From positions 32,001 to 96,000 of the forward strand of contig JANOAV010000212.1 in assembly GCA_031411295.1 (NCBI GenBank): a stretch of 64,000 nt of DNA. Direction: 5' to 3'. Each line of letters opens with the position of its first letter. Position 1 is the stretch's first letter. The translations under genes and the position numbers were made by a program. Source of the stretch: Verrucomicrobiales bacterium (GTDB taxonomy: Bacteria; Verrucomicrobiota; Verrucomicrobiia; Verrucomicrobiales; V1-33). Shown piece after piece: positions 59,156 to 64,000 of the stretch. The notes beneath the pieces are model-generated. The model saw only the letters and a list, made by a program, of their open reading frames with translations. It made no database searches and was not told the origin of the DNA.

Positions 59156-60517
59156 ATGAAAACCGAAGCCGAAATCCTAGCCTTGCGTGATGCCCTCAAA
59201 GCGAAAGGAGTGAAATACTGCATCGGTGCCTACGTTGATTTGCATGGCGTGCCGAAAGGCAAAGTGGTGCCGATTGATCATTTCTCAGATTTTGCCGCAG
59301 GCTCCGAACTCTATACGGGCTATGCTCTGGACGGCTTGGGTCAGAGCCCAAACGATGATGAAATCGCCTCCCTGCCAGACTTGGATAAAATCATTCAACT
59401 GCCGTGGCAAAAGGAAGTGGCCTGGATGCCCGCAGACAATACTTACAAGGGGGAACCTTACGAAGTAAACGCCCGTTGCGCACTCAAGAAAGTGCTGAAG
59501 CAAGCCGCAGACATGGGGCTGGGGATGAATCTCGGCATCGAATGTGAAGTCTTCGTGGTGCGCTTGACGCCCGAAGGGAAGTTGGAAATCCCCAACTCTG
59601 ATGAAACGCTGGTCAAGACCTGCTACGATGTGAAGCGCTTCATGGATCGCTTCACCTGGTTGGATAAAGTGGCCACCTGCATCAATGATCTCGGCTGGGA
59701 TCTGTATTCGTTTGATCACGAAGATGCCTCCTCGCAGTTTGAGTTTGATTTCAAATACAGCGATGCGCTAACCATGTGCGATCGCTACATTTTCTTCCGC
59801 TACATGGCGAAACATTACGCCGCCGAGGAAGGATTGATCGCCACCTTCATGCCCAAGCCCTTTGCTGATAAGACCGGCAACGGAGCCCACTTCAACATGT
59901 CGATGTATGATCTGGAAAGCGGCAAAAATCTCTTTGCCCGGCCCCACGCCGAAGATCCACGCGGACTGGGCATCAGTGAAATGGCCTATCATTTCATCGG
60001 TGGTGTCTTGAAGCACGGTCGTGCGCTCTGTGCGGCCTTTGCCCCCACGGTCAATAGTTACAAGCGCCTTGTGCGTCGAGGCCTGATGTCTTATTACACC
60101 TGGGCCCCAGTCTTCAACAGCTATGGCCGCAACAATCGCACCAACTCCGTGCGCGTGCCCATGGCGGGCGGCCGCGTCGAATCCCGCAATGCCGATGCGG
60201 CCTGCAATCCCTATCTGGCCGCCGCGTTGGTCCTCGCAGCAGGCTTGGAAGGGATCCGCGAGAAAATCGATCCAGGAAATTCCAACGAAGAAAATCTCTA
60301 CGAATTCACCGACGAACAACTCCACGCCCGTGGCATCAGTGAACTCCCCCGCACGCTGGACGAAGCCGTCCGCGCCTTCGCAGAAGATCCTTTCATCGAA
60401 GCCACCCTCGGCACCACCCTGCGCAACGAGTTCATTACCTACAAACGCGAGGAATGGCTCCAGTATCACCAACGGGTCAGCCAATGGGAGATCGACCAAT
60501 ACGCCCGACTGTTTTGA
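59156..60517 (+). CDS. glnT: GlnT / gamma-glutamylmethylamide synthetase-like ligase
   Basis: VD.HG.PK.K.VP, GIE.E, DHED...QFE, TFMPKPF...[24 protein letters not shown]...NPYL. Confidence 0.75.
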   Translation: MKTEAEILALRDALKAKGVKYCIGAYVDLHGVPKGKVVPIDHFSDFAAGSELYTGYALDGLGQSPNDDEIASLPDLDKIIQLPWQKEVAWMPADNTYKGEPYEVNARCALKKVLKQAADMGLGMNLGIECEVFVVRLTPEGKLEIPNSDETLVKTCYDVKRFMDRFTWLDKVATCINDLGWDLYSFDHEDASSQFEFDFKYSDALTMCDRYIFFRYMAKHYAAEEGLIATFMPKPFADKTGNGAHFNMSMYDLESGKNLFARPHAEDPRGLGISEMAYHFIGGVLKHGRALCAAFAPTVNSYKRLVRRGLMSYYTWAPVFNSYGRNNRTNSVRVPMAGGRVESRNADAACNPYLAAALVLAAGLEGIREKIDPGNSNEENLYEFTDEQLHARGISELPRTLDEAVRAFAEDPFIEATLGTTLRNEFITYKREEWLQYHQRVSQWEIDQYARLF

Positions 60518-60529
60518 GGTGCCGATATT

Positions 60530-60600
60530 GGTCAGCAGTCACTGGTCATTAGTGCCAACGCACCAATAACAAATAACCAAGAACCAACAACCAATGACCA
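60530..60600. repeat. heptamer tandem repeats in inverted orientation (STRR-like)
   Basis: GGTCAGC-AGTCACT-GGTCATT and ACCAATA-ACAAATA-ACCAAGA-ACCAACA-ACCAATG-ACCA. Confidence 0.6.
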
Positions 60601-61847
60601 CCTCCATCCTTGCCGAGATCCAGCGCATTGCTGCGCTGCCGCTAACCCACGCCACGACGCTTCCGGCTCAGGCTTACACGAGTCAAGAATTCTATGATTG
60701 GGAGGTGGAACATTTGTTCCGCAATGATTGGCTCCCGCTGGCGCATATGTCGCAGATTCCGCAGGCGGGCGATTTTTTAAATATCGAAATTCTGGGGGAA
60801 CCGTTGATTGTAGTGCACGGGAAGGACGGTGGCGTGCGGGTGTTGTCGCGCATTTGTCCGCATCGAGCCATGGATATTATGCCGGAAGGATTTGGTTATG
60901 CCGGGCATGGCATTGGTGACGCCAAGGAAGGGCAGCCGGGATGCGGCCATGCGCGACTTTTCATGTGCCCCTATCATGCGTGGACCTTCGAACTGGATGG
61001 CCGGCTGAAGGGGGCTCCGGAAATGCAGCAGACGGCTGAGTTCGAGCGCGACGAGTGGGGTTTGAAGGAGTTCGCCTGCGAGGTTTGGAATGGCTTCGTC
61101 TATGTGAATTTGGATGGCAAGGCACTCCCACTGCAGCAGCGGTTGAGTGGCCTCACGGAAGTGCTGGCTCCGTGGGGCGTGGCAGATATGAAGATGGCGA
61201 TCCAGATGGAGTGGGACTGTCCATTCAATTGGAAAGTGTTGGCGGAAAATTTTATGGAATCCTACCACCACATCGGAGCGCATGCCAAAACGCTGCAGCC
61301 CATGATGCCAGCGAAACACACTTGGAATGAAGAGGAGCGTCCGGCCTATGTGCGGGCGCATTTGCCCGTAAAACCCAGCCAGCGAACGCTGATGGAAACA
61401 GCGGCTGCACGCGGGGAGTTCGTCCATGGACTGCCCCCCATCACAGCGCTGTCCGATGCTCAAGCGTATGAGTGGAATCTGTTTTTCGTCTATCCGTTGA
61501 TGCTGCTCTCAGCGAACCCTGACCGACTCATCTTTTACCGCATCCAGCCACTGGGGCCGGATCGCTTGAAACTCCTAACCACCGTGCTGGTGCCGGCCAC
61601 CACCATGGAGCACCCGGATTGGCCAGCGCTCTGTGCTGCGCAGACGGAGCAACTGCGCGCGTTCCATTTGGAGGACATGGAAGTGTGCACGGCGGTGCAA
61701 CGTGGGTTCAAAGCGGGCGGTTATCAGCGGGGGCGTTTGAGTTACTTGGAAATGTCTGTGTGGCTGATTCAACGCTACCTGGCGGCTCGCGCGCGCGGCA
61801 CTTGGCCAGCGTTGGACACTCCACCTGCACCTTCTCAGCGACCATGA
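60594..61847 (+). CDS. Rieske non-heme iron oxygenase alpha subunit (choline/carnitine monooxygenase-like)
   Basis: CPH...CPYH.W, NWK...ENF.E.YH....H, ED...C..VQ.G. Confidence 0.9.
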   Translation: MTTSILAEIQRIAALPLTHATTLPAQAYTSQEFYDWEVEHLFRNDWLPLAHMSQIPQAGDFLNIEILGEPLIVVHGKDGGVRVLSRICPHRAMDIMPEGFGYAGHGIGDAKEGQPGCGHARLFMCPYHAWTFELDGRLKGAPEMQQTAEFERDEWGLKEFACEVWNGFVYVNLDGKALPLQQRLSGLTEVLAPWGVADMKMAIQMEWDCPFNWKVLAENFMESYHHIGAHAKTLQPMMPAKHTWNEEERPAYVRAHLPVKPSQRTLMETAAARGEFVHGLPPITALSDAQAYEWNLFFVYPLMLLSANPDRLIFYRIQPLGPDRLKLLTTVLVPATTMEHPDWPALCAAQTEQLRAFHLEDMEVCTAVQRGFKAGGYQRGRLSYLEMSVWLIQRYLAARARGTWPALDTPPAPSQRP

Positions 61848-62260
61848 ACTCCGCACCTTGGACGGGCCACTGTGGCTGCGGGGCCGTGCGTTATCAGGCT
61901 ACCAGTGCGCCCTTGCATGTCTCTCTCTGCCATTGCGAAGATTGTCAGCGGGCCAGCGGCAGCCCCTTTCAAGGCTGGGTGTTTTTTGCCAAACGTGACA
62001 TTACGTTGCTCTGCGGAGAGTTGCGGACCTATGCCTATGATGGACGCGAACGCACGTTCTGCGGGCTCTGCGGTTCGCCCATCAGTTTCTTTGATGCAGC
62101 CTTGCCGGACCTCATGGAGCTTTCACTAGGGACGATGGATCGAGCCTCAGAGTTACCGGCTCGAGACCACAATTGGATGGATGATCACTGGCCCTGGGTG
62201 GTGCTGGATCCTGCGTTGCCGAAATTTCCCCAGAACGCCCCCGCACCATGTTTAACCTGA
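61844..62260 (+). CDS. GFA/CENP-V family protein
   Basis: GHCGCGAVRY, CHCEDCQR.SG, R.FC..CG. Confidence 0.9.
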   Translation: MNSAPWTGHCGCGAVRYQATSAPLHVSLCHCEDCQRASGSPFQGWVFFAKRDITLLCGELRTYAYDGRERTFCGLCGSPISFFDAALPDLMELSLGTMDRASELPARDHNWMDDHWPWVVLDPALPKFPQNAPAPCLT

Positions 62261-63018
62261 CCCACAAAGTTGCCGTGGTCACCGGCGGAGCCTCCGGGAT
62301 CGGTCGCGCCATTGTCGAGCGTTTCCTCCGTGCGGGCGCGAAGGTGCTCTTGGTGGATCGCAATGAGGCACAGATTGCTGGCGCAGTGTTTCATCAGGCG
62401 GATGTTTCGCAAGAGGCTGCAGTGCAGGAAATGTTGCAGCGCGCGCAACAGGAGTTCGGCCGCCTGGACATTCTGATTAACAATGCTGGCATCCAACCGC
62501 TCGGCGTTTCCTTTGCCGAGCTTACCCCGCAACTCTTGCAACGGACCTTGGAGGTGAATGTTCATTCTGTCGCCTTTGGCATTAAGCATGGCGCTAAAAT
62601 GCTGCCACGCGGTGGTCGCATTATTAACACCGGATCGTTTGTCGGTCTGCTAGGCTCCCCCGCAGGCACGGCTTACTCGACCTCCAAAGCCGCCGTGATT
62701 CATCTGACTAAATTGGGAGCAATCGAACTGGCAGGACGTGGCATCACGGTGAACTGCGTGTGTCCCGGCACGGTGCTGACACCTGCGGTTACCAGCATTC
62801 CAGACAATCCCGAGATTCCGTTTGTCAGTCGCGCCACCCCCTTGGGTCGTTTAGCCGCGCCTGAAGAAATCGCGGCGGCCTTTCATTTCCTAGCATCGGA
62901 TGATGCGAGTTACATTACCGGAGCTATCATCCCCGTGGACGGCGGGATTACCGCGGGCTGGAACGAGTATCCGCTGACACCTCCGCCGAACGTTCAAGGA
63001 GGCCAGTGGTATGATTGA
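62248..63018 (+). CDS. SDR family oxidoreductase
   Basis: TGGASGIG, NNAG, Y..SK, PG, DGG. Confidence 0.93.
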   Translation: MFNLTHKVAVVTGGASGIGRAIVERFLRAGAKVLLVDRNEAQIAGAVFHQADVSQEAAVQEMLQRAQQEFGRLDILINNAGIQPLGVSFAELTPQLLQRTLEVNVHSVAFGIKHGAKMLPRGGRIINTGSFVGLLGSPAGTAYSTSKAAVIHLTKLGAIELAGRGITVNCVCPGTVLTPAVTSIPDNPEIPFVSRATPLGRLAAPEEIAAAFHFLASDDASYITGAIIPVDGGITAGWNEYPLTPPPNVQGGQWYD

Positions 63019-63667
63019 GCTTCCAGTAATGTTGCCCATCCCGATGGGAGATTTCCTCATGGGATCATCAGACAACGATCGTTTCGCGAATGCGACGGAG
63101 CGACCGTTGCACCGCGTTGAAATCACGCGCCCTGTTGCCGTCGCAGGGTTCCCTGTGGCCGAATCCCAGTGGGCGCAATTTGATCCTCGGGTTGCTCCGA
63201 GCGAGTTGCCGGTGGTCAATGTCAGCTGGGATGATGTTCAGGCGTATCTTGCGTGGCTGCGTCAGCAAACGAGCGAGCCGTTCCGTTTACTAACTGAATG
63301 CGAATGGGAATACTGTTGCCGCGCGGGCACGACCACCGTCTTCCACACGGGCGACAACCTTGATCCCTCGCAGGGAAACTACCTTTACGACGAACATGGA
63401 TTCAAAGTAGGCTGCGGTCATCGCACGCCGCCCGGAGCTTATCCAGCCAATGCCTTTGGGTTGGAATGCATGTCAGGAAATGTGTGCGAATGGGTGCAGG
63501 ACGCCTGGCGACCAAACTACGCAACAGACCACGCGACCGCCACCCGGGTGATCCGTGGTGGGGCTTGGGATTACCTTCCCAGGCTGCTGCGCAGCGCATG
63601 GCGTGATGCTGCCCCATCAACTACTCGGCGCGACAATCTCGGTTTCCGCATCGCTTGTGATCTATGA
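63011..63667 (+). CDS. FGE-sulfatase (SUMF1) domain protein, cytoplasmic
   Basis: F.MGS, P.H.V, PVV.VSW.D, RL.TE.EWEY, N.FGL..M.GNV.EW, RGG.W, GFR. Confidence 0.88.
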   Translation: MIELPVMLPIPMGDFLMGSSDNDRFANATERPLHRVEITRPVAVAGFPVAESQWAQFDPRVAPSELPVVNVSWDDVQAYLAWLRQQTSEPFRLLTECEWEYCCRAGTTTVFHTGDNLDPSQGNYLYDEHGFKVGCGHRTPPGAYPANAFGLECMSGNVCEWVQDAWRPNYATDHATATRVIRGGAWDYLPRLLRSAWRDAAPSTTRRDNLGFRIACDL

Positions 63668-64000
63668 ACTCCACTCCCTACTCCCCTCCTCCCCGCTTCA
63701 TTTGGCCGAATGGAGCCCGCTGCGCGTTCATGCTGTGCTTTGACGTGGATGGCGAAACAACCGCGCTGGCAGAAGATCCCAAGTTGGTCTCGCGGCTCAC
63801 GACAATGTCTCAATGCGAATACGGCCCTAACGTGGGCGTGCCGCGTCTGCTGGGACTGTTGGATCACTTGCAAGTGCCCGCCACTTTCTTCGTCCCGTCT
63901 TACATCGCGCAACATCATCCCCGCATGATGGAGGCCATCCTTTCCCGCGGTCATGAAGTGGGAGCGCATGGTCATCTGCATGAGAAATTGGCGCATCTCT
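63664..64000 (+). CDS. CE4 polysaccharide-deacetylase-fold hydrolase, PuuE/HP0310-like (runs off window)
   Basis: Manual translation from ATG 63664: WPNGARCA...FDVD.E, YG..VGVPRLL.LL, ATFFVP, GHEVG.HG..H; ATGA overlap. Confidence 0.85.
   Translation, partial: MNSTPYSPPPRFIWPNGARCAFMLCFDVDGETTALAEDPKLVSRLTTMSQCEYGPNVGVPRLLGLLDHLQVPATFFVPSYIAQHHPRMMEAILSRGHEVGAHGHLHEKLAHL

Noticed and set aside
58354..63018. Mycofactocin/RiPP cluster (creatininase-like MftE + SDR)
   Set aside because: No radical SAM enzyme, chaperone or precursor peptide in view

Overview
High-GC bacterial chromosome segment, probably Verrucomicrobiota. This is an inference from the long-form IspG, the giant lamin-tail/CotH protein and the secreted proteins with a shared Y-x-V...W...F/Y-x-R C-terminal tail. 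Housekeeping genes (tatA x2, rseP, ispG, cinA, tRNA-Thr(UGU), yebC, purB, recQ, galU, tRNA-Arg(CCU)) alternate with accessory material: several toxin-antitoxin-type pairs, orphan nucleases and large secreted proteins. A plasticity zone at about 27.4-43.0 kb holds two diverged direct duplications and several pseudogenes. Best candidates for undescribed systems: (1) a sigma54-promoter-led operon from 55.4 kb to the window end encoding an ABC importer, creatininase-like amidohydrolase, GlnT/GmaS-like ligase, Rieske oxygenase with an unusually long Rieske loop, GFA protein, SDR, Cys-less FGE-domain protein and PuuE-like CE4 hydrolase, which looks like a catabolic pathway for an unknown N-compound; (2) a translationally coupled fatty-acid-hydroxylase / unknown / HTTM / permuted NlpC-P60 lipoprotein operon (4.3-7.2 kb); (3) a 135-nt five-way-junction structured element after cinA; (4) a signal-peptide-bearing tail-collar module with no prophage context. 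No CRISPR array, integrase or transposase was recognised. All calls come from reading motifs by eye; no searches were run.
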